Made by a program: the position numbers and the translations under genes. Positions 30,348-40,436 of a stretch of 64,000 bases of DNA are shown here, one piece after another (the stretch's first letter is position 1; every line of letters begins with the position of its first letter). The DNA is from Tolypothrix carrinoi HA7290-LM1 (GTDB lineage Bacteria; Cyanobacteriota; Cyanobacteriia; Cyanobacteriales; Nostocaceae), in contig JAHHIK010000025.1 in NCBI GenBank assembly GCA_019358935.1, positions 15,717 to 79,716 on the forward strand, in the 5' to 3' direction. Under the pieces are notes generated by a model. That model saw nothing but the letters and a program-made list of their open reading frames with translations. It did not search any database and had not been told where the DNA came from.

Positions 30348-32165
30348 TTGTTAACAATGGTGTGGAAACCGGGGCAGCCTTTATTTGGAGGGCGCTACAT
30401 TATCGAAAGCAAACTAGGCGAAGGTGGAATTGGCATTACCTATCTTGCCAGAAACCAACGGAATGAACTACGAGTAATTAAAACCCTCAAAGAAGAAATT
30501 CTTAATCACCCGGTTTGGAAACAGCACCGCGATAAATTACGGCAAGACTTTCGCGATGAAGCTGTTCGCCTAGCTGTGTGTCGCCATCCTCATATAGTGG
30601 AGGTGGAAACTATCTTCGATGAGGGCAAATTTCCTTGCATGGTAATGGAGTATATCAAAGGAGAAGATTTAGGCAAGCGTTTGGGGCGGATGAGGTTGTT
30701 ATCAGAAGCAGAAGCCGTACTATATATTCGACAAATTGGTGATGCGTTGACGGTAATTCATAATAAAGGCTTGCTGCATCGTGACCTCAAGCCGCGTAAC
30801 ATTATGCTTCGTTCTGGCAAATCAGAAGCAGTGTTGATTGACTTTGGTATTGCTAGAGATTTTATCCCTAATGTTGTCCAAAAACATACAGTGTATCGCA
30901 CTCCTGGTTTTGCCCCTCCAGAACAGTATGATTTAGTTGCACCACGGGGAGAATTTATTGATATCTACGCCCTCGCCGCCACTTTATATAACTTATTAAC
31001 CGGAGTTGTGCCCACGAGTGCAGAAGACAGATGCAACAATATTCCCCTGCAACCACCGCAACGCTTCAATTCTAATATTAGTGACAGAGTAAATCAGGCA
31101 ATTATGCAGGGTATGGATTTGCAGGCAAATTATCGCCCCCAATCCGTGCAGGAGTGGTTGAATTTATTGGCTGCTGATGTTGGAGAAGATGTACCATCAA
31201 CACTTAAGAGCCAACCGATCGCACCTAATCCACAAATCCCAAAACCTGCTGTAGTAGCTTCACTAGAGTGGCAATGCGTACATACCCTCAAAGGTCATAC
31301 CAGTATGGTTCAGGCGATCGCTATTAGTCCTGATGGGCAACTAATTGCCAGTGGTAGTAATGACAATAATATCAAGCTATGGCAACTAACAACCGGCAAA
31401 CTATTACGTAACTTCAATCGTTGGTTTTCCGGTCATTCCAGCATGGTTGATTCCCTCGCCTTTAGCCCAGACGGAAAGCTTCTTGCCAGCGGCAGTTGGG
31501 ATGACACTATTAAATTATGGCAAGTAAATACAGGCAAACAAATCTCTACTTTCACAGGTCATTCTAACTGGGTTAATTCCGTCGCCTTTAGTCCAGAGGG
31601 ACAGATGCTTGCAAGTGGTAGTGCTGACAACAGCATTAAATTATGGCAAATAAAGACAGGCAGACAAATCTCTACTCTCACAGGTCATTTGGACTTAGTT
31701 GGGTCAGTCGCCTTTAGCCAAGATGGAGAAATTCTCGCAAGTGGCAGTGCTGACTGCACTGTTAAACTTTGGCAAGTACACACAGCTAGAGAAATTTCCA
31801 CTTTTACAAGTCATTCTTTCTACGTTAACTCTGTCGCCTTTAGTCCAGATGGACAATTGCTTGCTAGTGGTAGTGCTGACAACACAATCAAATTCTGGCA
31901 AGTAAGTACAGGTAAAGAACTTCGCACTCTCACTGGGCATTTGGACTCAGTTTGGTCAGTCGCCTTTAGTCCAGATGGGCAACTTCTTGCTAGTGGTAGT
32001 TGGGACAAAACTATCAAAATTTGGCACGCAAGCACAACAGCTAAAGAAATCTGCACTCTCACTGGTCATCTCAACTATGTCAGAACCGTTGCCTTCAGTC
32101 CCGATGGGCGAACCCTAGTTAGCGGTAGTGATGACGACACCATCAAGATTTGGCGACGAAAATAA
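30348..32165 (+). CDS. Ser/Thr protein kinase with seven WD40 repeats
   Basis: LGEGGIG, HRDLKPRN, DFG; repeated GH..V.SVAFSPDG..LASGS.D.TIK.W. Confidence 0.94.
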   Translation: MLTMVWKPGQPLFGGRYIIESKLGEGGIGITYLARNQRNELRVIKTLKEEILNHPVWKQHRDKLRQDFRDEAVRLAVCRHPHIVEVETIFDEGKFPCMVMEYIKGEDLGKRLGRMRLLSEAEAVLYIRQIGDALTVIHNKGLLHRDLKPRNIMLRSGKSEAVLIDFGIARDFIPNVVQKHTVYRTPGFAPPEQYDLVAPRGEFIDIYALAATLYNLLTGVVPTSAEDRCNNIPLQPPQRFNSNISDRVNQAIMQGMDLQANYRPQSVQEWLNLLAADVGEDVPSTLKSQPIAPNPQIPKPAVVASLEWQCVHTLKGHTSMVQAIAISPDGQLIASGSNDNNIKLWQLTTGKLLRNFNRWFSGHSSMVDSLAFSPDGKLLASGSWDDTIKLWQVNTGKQISTFTGHSNWVNSVAFSPEGQMLASGSADNSIKLWQIKTGRQISTLTGHLDLVGSVAFSQDGEILASGSADCTVKLWQVHTAREISTFTSHSFYVNSVAFSPDGQLLASGSADNTIKFWQVSTGKELRTLTGHLDSVWSVAFSPDGQLLASGSWDKTIKIWHASTTAKEICTLTGHLNYVRTVAFSPDGRTLVSGSDDDTIKIWRRK

Positions 32166-32287
32166 TATTGACACACAGATTTGACACTCTCCCGATTATT
32201 CTGACAAATTTTTTAAACCTTCAGGTAGACTCGGCATTTACAAAATATTGTCACAATAATGACGACAACGCTTATTTTTGCAGTCAA

Positions 32288-32509
32288 TAGATTTGGGAGT
32301 AGCGATCGCGCTTTGTAGCCAGTTTTCGCGATCGCTACGAAGTGGGTTTAGGGGGACAAGTGCGTTCAGTTTCACAAATGGAACTGCGTTTGAAAGAAGC
32401 TGCTAAATTAAGGTTTAAAAGAGCGATCGTTGCCAAAGGGCAAAAATTTCCCGATCTTGATATTGAGATTTTACCAGCGGCTGGCAAATCGGAGGCTGTG
32501 CTGATTGAC
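32288..32509 (+). pseudogene. Fragment of radA 3' end fused to a fragment of the WD40-kinase gene
   Basis: 32288-32477 aligns to radA 25597-25812 with an internal deletion; 32481-32509 aligns to 30814-30842. Confidence 0.85.
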
Positions 32510-32589
32510 CGCAGTAGGGTGCGTTATGCTAACGCACCCTACGCGGCTGATGGGGAGATGATAGTATTCAAAATATAGGAGATAGGAAA

Positions 32590-32742
32590 ATGCTAGAAAT
32601 TAACAAAAATTATCTAATGGATGAAAATCAGCAACCTATCGCGGTACAAATTCCAATTGCTGAGTTTGAAAAAATTGAAGAAATCCTGGAAAACTACGGT
32701 TTGGTACAGTTAATGCAAGAAGCAGAAGGTAAGGGAAAATAA
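32590..32742 (+). pseudogene. Truncated small antitoxin-like gene
   Basis: AGGA RBS then MLEINKNYLMDENQQPIAVQIPIAEFEKIEEILENYGLVQLMQEAEGKGK*, resembling cyanobacterial type II antitoxins; runs into the HicA fragment. Confidence 0.55.
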
Positions 32743-32868
32743 TGATGGAACACGAACTCCATTAACAATGCCTAACCACTCCCAAATTAAAGGTTCGACG
32801 TTGAGATCCATTTGTACTCAGGCAGGTATCTCGCGAGAATAATTTTTAGCAGCTTATGAGCAAAGTTG
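32732..32868 (+). pseudogene. HicA-family toxin C-terminal fragment
   Basis: RENNDGTRTPLTMPNHSQIKGSTLRSICTQAGISRE*FLAAYEQS*; no start codon, internal stop. Confidence 0.65.
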
Positions 32869-33190
32869 AACAAACGTATCAAATATTGCCATCGCACTCT
32901 AAAATTACTTGCATTCTTCAGCAGATATTTTCGGATATCTTGATGGTCAACTAATTGCCAGTATTAAAAATCACAATTATTCTAAATAATTTTTGACTTT
33001 GGGCGATCGCCCTCCAACAGCTTTTAACCCTTCAGATAGACTCGCGATTTGCAAAATATTGTCAGAATAATGACGACAACGCCTATTTTTGCAGTCAATC
33101 CTTAGCTGACACGTTTTTACTTGCATAAAGTAAGCAGCTGGAATGTCTGCCAAGATTGTGCTGTAAATTTTGAAATTGAAAATTTGAATT

Positions 33191-34084
33191 ATGGGCTTTG
33201 GTATCGGAGATTTATTCTGGATTTTCCTGCTTTTGTCTTCCCTGCAACCTATCTGGCAAAGACGTCAGATTGAATATCGTCGCGTGAGTTCTCTACAACA
33301 ATTCCAGCAAGAACGCAAAAGCCGAGTGATATTGCTGATTCACCGTCAAGAGTCTATCAGCTTATTGGGAATTCCTATTTCGCGCTACATTACCATCGAA
33401 GACTCAGAACAGATACTGCGGGCAATTCGTCTCACCCCCCCAGATGTCCCCATTGACTTAATTTTGCACACTCCAGGCGGTTTGGTTTTAGCAACCGAAC
33501 AAATCGCTAGAGCCTTAATTCGTCATCCGGCAAAAGTAACTGTTTTTGTACCTCATTATGCCATGAGTGGCGGTACAATGCTTGCTCTGGCTGCTGATGA
33601 AATCGTTATGGATGCTAACGCTGTCTTGGGACCAGTCGATCCGCAATTAGGTAACTTTCCGGCTGCGAGTATCATCAAAGTTGTGGAAGATAAACCCATC
33701 GGTGAAATTGACGACCAAACCCTGATTATGGCGGATTTGTCACGCAAAGCAATCCAGCAAGTGCAGCGATTTGTCAGGACTCTACTGAAAGACAATATTC
33801 CCACACAGAAAGTTCAGCCAGAAAATATCGAATCTATCATTGATGCCTTGACTACTGGGCGCGTTACCCACGACTATCCGATCACAGTTGAGGAAGCTAC
33901 AGAAATGGGGCTGCCCATAACAGTCGGACTGCCCCGCTCAATTTACGATCTCATGGATATGTATCCGCAACCACAAGGCGGACGCCCCAGCGTGCAATAC
34001 ATACCCATGCCTTACAGCGATCGCCGCCCAATTCTACCCGTGCCTAAAGGCAGACCCTTAGAAGAACCCACTCAGATGAAATGA
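33191..34084 (+). CDS. SDH family Clp-fold serine proteinase
   Basis: LILHTPGG, AMSGGT, LGPVDPQ, THDYPI. Confidence 0.9.
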   Translation: MGFGIGDLFWIFLLLSSLQPIWQRRQIEYRRVSSLQQFQQERKSRVILLIHRQESISLLGIPISRYITIEDSEQILRAIRLTPPDVPIDLILHTPGGLVLATEQIARALIRHPAKVTVFVPHYAMSGGTMLALAADEIVMDANAVLGPVDPQLGNFPAASIIKVVEDKPIGEIDDQTLIMADLSRKAIQQVQRFVRTLLKDNIPTQKVQPENIESIIDALTTGRVTHDYPITVEEATEMGLPITVGLPRSIYDLMDMYPQPQGGRPSVQYIPMPYSDRRPILPVPKGRPLEEPTQMK

Positions 34085-34114
34085 GCTAATAATGTCATCA
34101 TTTTTTGCTTGTAC

Positions 34115-34822
34115 CTAAGGTGTTGGTGAAGCTGTTGGTGAAGGCACCACCTCAGGTAAAGTTGTCGGTGTCGCCGTTGGTGTCGCCGTTGGTGTCGCCG
34201 TTGGTGTCGCCGTTGGTATTGGCGTAGTTCTTGTTCTTGGTCTGGTTGTCGGTCTGGTTGTCGGTCTGGTTGTCGGTCTGGTTGTCGGTGTCGCTGTTGG
34301 GGTTGGTGAAGATGTCGGCGCAGGACTTGGCTGAGTACTCGGCTGACCTCCGCTTGTCTTTGCTTCTTCGTTCAATCTCTGGCGAAATGCTAGATCGGCA
34401 ATTCCAGTTTCTTGTAACTGAAATCTTTTTTGAGCTTCTTTAACCGCTGCTTCCGTCTGCGAACCATAAAACTGATCGCGGGGTAGAGGATTTTTAGGCT
34501 TCAATACTGCATTCAAATTTGCCTGTAAAATTTGAATTATATTCGCGGCAAAATCTTGAGTTTTTGGTCCTGCTATGCCATCAGCAGGTGTTAATTTGTA
34601 CCCTGTTTGAAATTCACGAATTGCTTTTTTAGTTTTTGCATCCGTTAAGGGTGTATTTGTTAAGTCAACGCTATAGCCCAATCCCCGCAATACTGCACGG
34701 AATTGTTGTGGGCTATAATTACGTTGGCGAGCAGCACTAGCTGTATTTGAAATTACTACACTAGCTGTTATCAGGCAGACAACAGCAACAGGAATGCTTG
34801 ATTTTCCAAACCCACACCACAT
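34115..34822 (-). CDS. Peptidoglycan-binding domain protein with Pro/Thr-rich repeat tail
   Basis: TKKAIREFQ..DGIAGPKT; YGSQTEAAVK..Q..L.ETGIAD; 12-bp tandem repeats encoding PTTR/PTAT. Confidence 0.85.
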   Translation of the reverse strand: MWCGFGKSSIPVAVVCLITASVVISNTASAARQRNYSPQQFRAVLRGLGYSVDLTNTPLTDAKTKKAIREFQTGYKLTPADGIAGPKTQDFAANIIQILQANLNAVLKPKNPLPRDQFYGSQTEAAVKEAQKRFQLQETGIADLAFRQRLNEEAKTSGGQPSTQPSPAPTSSPTPTATPTTRPTTRPTTRPTTRPRTRTTPIPTATPTATPTATPTATPTTLPEVVPSPTASPTP

Positions 34823-35078
34823 GGTTGAAACTCCTTTTGATTAAATCAGCTATATATTCGGGTCAATAGCTGATCTTTAGTTTATTTAACCTCATTATTA
34901 ATTATTTTTGATTAAATTAAGTTATATCTAAATAAAATTAGGTGGATACTATAAATAAATTTTTGTCATCTTTCTGTAGACGGATTTTAAATTACAAGTG
35001 GATATATACTGAAAACAGCATAAACCACATAAATTAGAGATGTCATAAGGAACATTTCTAAAATCCACTTATCAGCGA

Positions 35079-36539
35079 ATGGCTCAAATAAACTCGGACA
35101 AGCGGCGAAACCTATGGTTTGAGCGCTTAATGGCAATTATTGCTACAGTAAATTTATGCATTTGTTTGTTTGATTTAAGTTATATTCCTTGGCGGGATTT
35201 CTACTTGCGAAAAGTTCCCCAAATTACCAACGTTTATGACAAAGTAAAAGGTATTGAACCGCATCGAGAAACAGAAAACTATCTAGCAAATGTCAAGTTA
35301 CTAGAAGAACAGGTAAGCCAAACAGGGTTAAAATCCTCAGAAAGTGCAACCCAACTTGAAGAATTGCGCCGTCTTAGCACTGAGATGATTGACGGTAATC
35401 CTTTTGCGGCAGTAAATAAGGGTGGGACGCTGGAAAAAATCAAAAATAGAATGCGCGATCGCACATCTGTAAAATCTGCGAAACGAGCGTTTGACACTTT
35501 TTGGAGTCAAGCTTATTTAACTGAAAATGGGTGGAATCAAGAAATTGCTTTTTTCAACCAGAAAATTCAACCTTTAATCGCTACAGACTACTACCGCACA
35601 ATTGGCGAAAACGGTGAATTTACTGATAATTTTTGGCGAATAGATTTACCCTTTGTTATTTTATTTGCTTTAGAGTTACTGACGCGGACTTTTTACATCA
35701 GACGGCGCAATCCAAGTTTTAGCTGGTTAGATGCAGTTTTGTGGCGCTGGTATGATTTATTTTTGCTGCTTCCATTTTGGCGATGGTTGCGAATAATACC
35801 TGTATTAGTTCGCCTCGATAAAGCGCATTTATTGAATCTGCAACCAGTAAGAAAGCAAATTAATCAAGGAGTTGTCGCCAATTTTGCCGAAGAACTCACA
35901 GAAATTGTCATAGTCAGGCTAATTAACCAGATTCAAGGATCGATAAAGCAGGGAGAGTTAACGCGCTGGCTATTGCAAAAAGAGAATCACTCTGAATATG
36001 TAGATATTAATAATATTAATGAAGTGGAAGCGATCGCAGGTATCTTTATCAAAGCGATCGTTTATCAAGTGCTACCCAAAATTCAACCAGAGATAGTTGC
36101 CATATTGCATCACAATATAGATGGTGCCTTCAATCAATCCCCCATCTATCGCAACCTGCACAACCTCCCCGGAGTAGCACAGATGCAGGCTCAACTGAGC
36201 GAACAATTATCAACTCAAATCGCCACAAACCTTTACAACGCCATAGTTAACGCCGTTGAAGATCCAGTAGCCGCAAAACTTTCGAGTCAATTACTGGAAC
36301 GCTTTAGCGAAGCCTTGGGAGTGGAAATGCAGAAAAAACAAGTACTTTCAGAAATTCAAAGCTTAGTGTTTGACTTTTTGGAAGAAGTCAAAATCAACTA
36401 CGTCCAACGCTTGTCCCGCGAGGATATAGCGCAAATTATCCAACAAACTCGACAATTGCGATCGCAAGCATCTGTCACCACAGTAGTCAGTAAAAGCTCT
36501 GCTTTACTACAAACCAGGAATAAGGCAAGTGGTGAGTAG
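35079..36539 (+). CDS. Conserved cyanobacterial membrane protein
   Basis: 486-aa ORF; FDLSYIPWRDFY, GIEPHRET, WRWYD..LLLPFWRWLR. Confidence 0.8.
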   Translation: MAQINSDKRRNLWFERLMAIIATVNLCICLFDLSYIPWRDFYLRKVPQITNVYDKVKGIEPHRETENYLANVKLLEEQVSQTGLKSSESATQLEELRRLSTEMIDGNPFAAVNKGGTLEKIKNRMRDRTSVKSAKRAFDTFWSQAYLTENGWNQEIAFFNQKIQPLIATDYYRTIGENGEFTDNFWRIDLPFVILFALELLTRTFYIRRRNPSFSWLDAVLWRWYDLFLLLPFWRWLRIIPVLVRLDKAHLLNLQPVRKQINQGVVANFAEELTEIVIVRLINQIQGSIKQGELTRWLLQKENHSEYVDINNINEVEAIAGIFIKAIVYQVLPKIQPEIVAILHHNIDGAFNQSPIYRNLHNLPGVAQMQAQLSEQLSTQIATNLYNAIVNAVEDPVAAKLSSQLLERFSEALGVEMQKKQVLSEIQSLVFDFLEEVKINYVQRLSREDIAQIIQQTRQLRSQASVTTVVSKSSALLQTRNKASGE

Positions 36540-36544
36540 ACGAT

Positions 36545-36740
36545 GAGGGAGAGGGGGAGACAAGGAGGACAAGGGGACAAGGAGACAAGGAGGACAAGGA
36601 GGACAAAAAATACCCATTACCCATTACCCATTCCCCATTACCCATTACCCATTCCCCATTCCCCATTCCCCATTCCCCATTCCCAATGCCCAATGACGGC
36701 AGATGCTCCACTTGGGGAGACCCCAAGACCGCACAGCCAA
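36545..36740. repeat. GACAAGGAG and CCCATT(A/C) STRR tracts plus a small dispersed repeat
   Basis: direct inspection; structured repeat 36696-36738. Confidence 0.8.
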
Positions 36741-36859
36741 ACCTATGCCCCATTATTAATTTCTCACTTCTCCCCCCAAAAGAAATGCGCTAAACTCAAT
36801 TTAGGTCGAACCATTTTTGGTTCGGCACAATACTTCTTGGAAGATATCCTTATCGCAGG

Positions 36860-36884
36860 AAGTGGGTCAATGCCCACTTTTTTT
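36860..36884 (+). promoter_or_regulatory. rimP-leader-like terminator hairpin upstream of rimP-nusA-infB
   Basis: aagtggg-tcaatg-cccactt followed by a T run, 13 bp before the rimP ATG. Confidence 0.65.
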
Positions 36885-36897
36885 ATTGAATTATTGC

Positions 36898-37359
36898 ATG
36901 ACTCATCCCTTAGTCCCACAAATTATTGATTTGGCGACACCAGTAGCAGAAGAACTGGGATTGGAAGTCGTTGGGGTAGTTTTTCATACTAACCAACGTC
37001 CGCCAGTGTTGCGGGTAGATATCCGCAATCCCCAACAGGACACTGGATTGAATGATTGTGAGCGGATGAGCCGTGCTTTAGAAGCCTCCTTAGATGGATC
37101 GGATATCATTCCAGATGCTTACGTTTTAGAGGTGTCAAGTCCTGGTATTTCGCGGCAACTGACAACCGACAGGGAATACCTGTCCTTCAAAGGATTTCCT
37201 GTAATTGTCTTTACTTCCCAACCCTACGACGGACAGCAAGAGTGGATTGGTCAGTTGATTCGCCGGGATGAAATATCAGTTTACTTAAACCAAAAAGGTC
37301 GTGTAATCGAAATTCCTCGCACTCTCATAAGTAGGGTGCAGTTGAATGAGAGCAGATAA
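36898..37359 (+). CDS. rimP: Ribosome maturation factor RimP
   Basis: MTHPLVPQI start; [24 protein letters not shown]. Confidence 0.93.
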   Translation: MTHPLVPQIIDLATPVAEELGLEVVGVVFHTNQRPPVLRVDIRNPQQDTGLNDCERMSRALEASLDGSDIIPDAYVLEVSSPGISRQLTTDREYLSFKGFPVIVFTSQPYDGQQEWIGQLIRRDEISVYLNQKGRVIEIPRTLISRVQLNESR

Positions 37360-37526
37360 AAGTTAGGAGTTAAAAGTTAGGAGGCGCGGAGTTAGGAGGC
37401 GCGGAGTTAGGAGTTAAGAGTTAAGTTTTGAGTTCTTTTAAAACTCCTAACTCATAACTTACAACTCCTAACTTCTGCTTTTAACTTCTGCTGGGTGTCT
37501 GCATAATAATTAAAGGAGATAAATCT

Positions 37527-39152
37527 ATGTCTACAGTTAAATTAACGGGATTAAAAGATTTAATCGAAAATATCAGTCGCGAACGGAATTTACCGCGTCT
37601 GGCAGTTCAATCAGCTATCAGAGAAGCACTACTAAAAGGTTACGAACGTTATCGCCGTGCCCAAAATTTAGAGCGAAGACAATTTGATGAAGAGTACTTT
37701 AATAATTTTGAAGTAGAACTTGATGTTGACGAACAAGGATTTCGCGTTCTTTCCACTAAAAGCATTGTTGAACAAGTTAGCAATTCCGATCATCAAATTT
37801 CTTTAAAAGAAGTTCAAGAAGTAGCTCCGGAAGCACAATTAGGTGACTCTGTGGTGCTAGATGTTACCCCTGATAAAGAAGAATTTGGTCGCATGGCGGC
37901 GATGCAAACCAAGCAAGTTTTAGCGCAAAAATTGCGAGATCAGCAGCGCCAGTTGGTGCAAGAAGAATTTCAAGACTTAGAAGGAACTGTGCTGCAAGCA
38001 AGAGTACTGCGCTTTGAAAGACAGTCAGTGATTATGGCAGTTGTCAGTGGCTTCGGTCAACCAGAGGTAGAAGCTGAATTACCCAAGCGCGAACAATTGC
38101 CCAACGATAATTACCGAGCAAATGCTACATTTAAGGTATATCTGAAAAAGGTTTCTCAAGGACAGCAACGCGGACCGCAGTTACTAGTTTCCAGAGCAGA
38201 TGCTGGTTTAGTAGTATATTTGTTTGCTAACGAAGTGCCGGAAATTGAAGATGAAGTTGTGCGAATTGTTGCTGTAGCCAGAGAAGCTAATCCGCCTTCG
38301 CGTTACGTCGGACCGCGAACTAAAATTGCTGTTGATACCTTAGATCGCGATGTCGATCCAGTTGGTGCTTGTATTGGAGCGCGAGGATCGCGAATTCAAG
38401 TGGTGGTCAATGAATTGCGCGGGGAAAAAATCGATGTGATTCGTTGGTCGCCAGATCCCGCAACTTACATTGCTAACGGCTTGAGTCCCGCACGAGTCGA
38501 TGAAGTACGCCTCATGGACCCCGAAAGTCGCCAAACTCACGTTTTAGTAGCTGAAGATCAACTTAGTTTAGCTATTGGTAAAGAAGGACAAAACGTCCGT
38601 TTAGCTGCTCGTCTGACTGGCTGGAAAATTGACATCAAAGACAAAGCGAAGTATGACCCCGCAGCAGAAGATGCAAAATTTGTCGCCGTCCGAGCAAAAC
38701 ATCAACAAGAAGAAGATGAAAGGGAGTTTGAGGAACTCGAAAAAATAGAGCAACTACAGCTAGACCAAGCACTGGAGTACGAGGAATTAGAAACATACGA
38801 CGAGTATCAAGATGAGCAAGATGAGCAAGATGAGCAAGATGAGCAAGATGAGCAAGATGAAGAAATAGAAGCATGTCAAAACAAGTTAGAAACAGTTATG
38901 AAGTCAGTTGAGAATTTTCCATCTGACTTAAAAGTAGCTTTGCAAAATTTCATAGAAGAAAGATCGCAATTAGCAGACGATTTTAGACAATTGTTGCTGA
39001 AAAGTTCTTTAAGTTCACTAAAACAGCTTTTAGAACGCCTAGCCGATTTAGCTGTGGCTTCTGATACACCTTTTGCTATAACCAAACTTACTAACGCTTT
39101 AGGAATAAAAGGTGCTACATTTCAAAGCATCTTGTCTTTATTGGTAGTTTGA
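37527..39152 (+). CDS. nusA: Transcription termination/antitermination factor NusA with atypical C-terminal extension
   Basis: FGRMAAMQTKQV, S1 and KH domains, AIGKEGQNVRLAARLTGWKIDI; followed by acidic DEQ repeat and ~95 extra aa. Confidence 0.95.
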   Translation: MSTVKLTGLKDLIENISRERNLPRLAVQSAIREALLKGYERYRRAQNLERRQFDEEYFNNFEVELDVDEQGFRVLSTKSIVEQVSNSDHQISLKEVQEVAPEAQLGDSVVLDVTPDKEEFGRMAAMQTKQVLAQKLRDQQRQLVQEEFQDLEGTVLQARVLRFERQSVIMAVVSGFGQPEVEAELPKREQLPNDNYRANATFKVYLKKVSQGQQRGPQLLVSRADAGLVVYLFANEVPEIEDEVVRIVAVAREANPPSRYVGPRTKIAVDTLDRDVDPVGACIGARGSRIQVVVNELRGEKIDVIRWSPDPATYIANGLSPARVDEVRLMDPESRQTHVLVAEDQLSLAIGKEGQNVRLAARLTGWKIDIKDKAKYDPAAEDAKFVAVRAKHQQEEDEREFEELEKIEQLQLDQALEYEELETYDEYQDEQDEQDEQDEQDEQDEEIEACQNKLETVMKSVENFPSDLKVALQNFIEERSQLADDFRQLLLKSSLSSLKQLLERLADLAVASDTPFAITKLTNALGIKGATFQSILSLLVV

Positions 39153-39283
39153 GTATTCCAAAAATATTCACTCGCTTTTTCAGAAATGTAGCGCGATCGC
39201 ACACAAAGCATATCTTTTCATTCATAGGATTACCCGATCGCCAACCTGTTTCTGGTACAAAATTTAATCGTTTGTTGGCTTGA

Positions 39284-39406
39284 TACCAATTCTATGTGAG
39301 GTTGCGCTTTATTCTGTGTAGGGGCAATTCATGAAGGGTTCCCTACTGAGTGCGTAAGCGCGTGCGTGCTTAATTCCGCGCTTACGCATCTTCAAGCCAG
39401 AATTGG
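39284..39406. mobile_element. MITE-like element (same family as 22576-22690) with nested palindromes
   Basis: ataccaattctatgtgaggttgcg ... gcatcttcaagccagaattgg; nested gtagggg..ttcatgaa..ccctac and tgcgtaagcgcg..cgcgcttacgca. Confidence 0.6.
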
Positions 39407-39666
39407 CTTGAGCAATAGCCAAACCCAACAAACGAGCTTTTTGAAAAATAAAAAAGCGATGCCGAGTACGGCAACGCTTCTCTTCGAGAGGCTCCGCCAA
39501 CGCGAACGCGCTTTGATCGTAAATCGTTGCATCGGTTGACCTTGGCATCCGCAACTCGCTATAAATATTCTTAAATGTTGCAAAACAGCAATAAACCGGG
39601 TAAAAATACAAATAACTTAACAAACCTTAATTTATCATGAAGCCAGTTGATAAAGGTTTAAGGAAG

Positions 39667-39684
39667 AATGTAACAAAATGTAAA
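39667..39684 (-). promoter_or_regulatory. HLR1 (RpaB-binding) direct repeat
   Basis: minus strand TTTACATT-TT-GTTACATT fits (G/T)TTACA(T/A)(T/A)-N2-(G/T)TTACA(T/A)(T/A) exactly. Confidence 0.55.
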
Positions 39685-39742
39685 AATTAGTACTGAGGAG
39701 TTATTTCACAAAAAATACTGCCTTGAAAGAAAGAGAAACAAG

Positions 39743-39988
39743 ATGAAAAAGAATTACCGACGTTGTATCAGTTGCCGCCAAGTCAAATTAAAAGAAGAGT
39801 TTTGGCGGATTGTCCGCGTCTTTCCATCTAGACAGGTACAATTAAATGAGGGCATGGGGCGTTCTGCCTACATTTGTCCGCAAGCGAGCTGCCTTTGTGC
39901 TGCTAAAAAAAAAAATAGATTAGGGCGATCGCTACATGCATCAGTGCCAGAAGCACTGTATCAAACATTGTGGCAACGTTTAGCCTAA
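39743..39988 (+). CDS. ylxR: YlxR (DUF448) RNA-binding protein
   Basis: RRCISCR, GRSAYIC, position between nusA and infB. Confidence 0.9.
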   Translation: MKKNYRRCISCRQVKLKEEFWRIVRVFPSRQVQLNEGMGRSAYICPQASCLCAAKKKNRLGRSLHASVPEALYQTLWQRLA

Positions 39989-40436
39989 AGCCATACCTAC
40001 TAATATTCGGGGTTTGGGGGTAATCACTCAGACAATTGTACTGACAGCCGTACTAATACGCTATCATCACATTCTGACTTGATTGCTTGGGTTAATGCCA
40101 AAATAGTAAATGGGTGTAGGCAGGGCAGCTTGCTCGCTTCTCAACTTTATTGCAGAGCGGCGAAGCAACATTCCCAAAAGTTTTACTCGATTGTGTTGTG
40201 GAATCAGAATCAGCAAAACAAAAAAAAACAATATGGCAACCTGGTAGCGCGATCGCGTGGCATCAACCATCCTTGGGTGGAAAGATGCCAACAGTAAACC
40301 GAAACATCTCTCTTTCCTGATTGGAGGCACCGGCAAAATCGTATCTGGGCAACCTAAACACAGCAGTCAAAGGATGGAGATGTCGCACTTTCAGGCAGCC
40401 ATCCGCTAAAACTGTAATCTTATTGGGGAAGAGTGG

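Noticed and set aside
32195..32262. GACAAA/TTGTC motifs resembling TnsB sites
   Set aside because: No TGT terminus, TSD or tandem site spacing; it is an inverted repeat within the duplicated promoter segment.
40067..40336. Short ORFs on both strands between ylxR and infB
   Set aside because: No protein-like features; more likely infB leader sequence.
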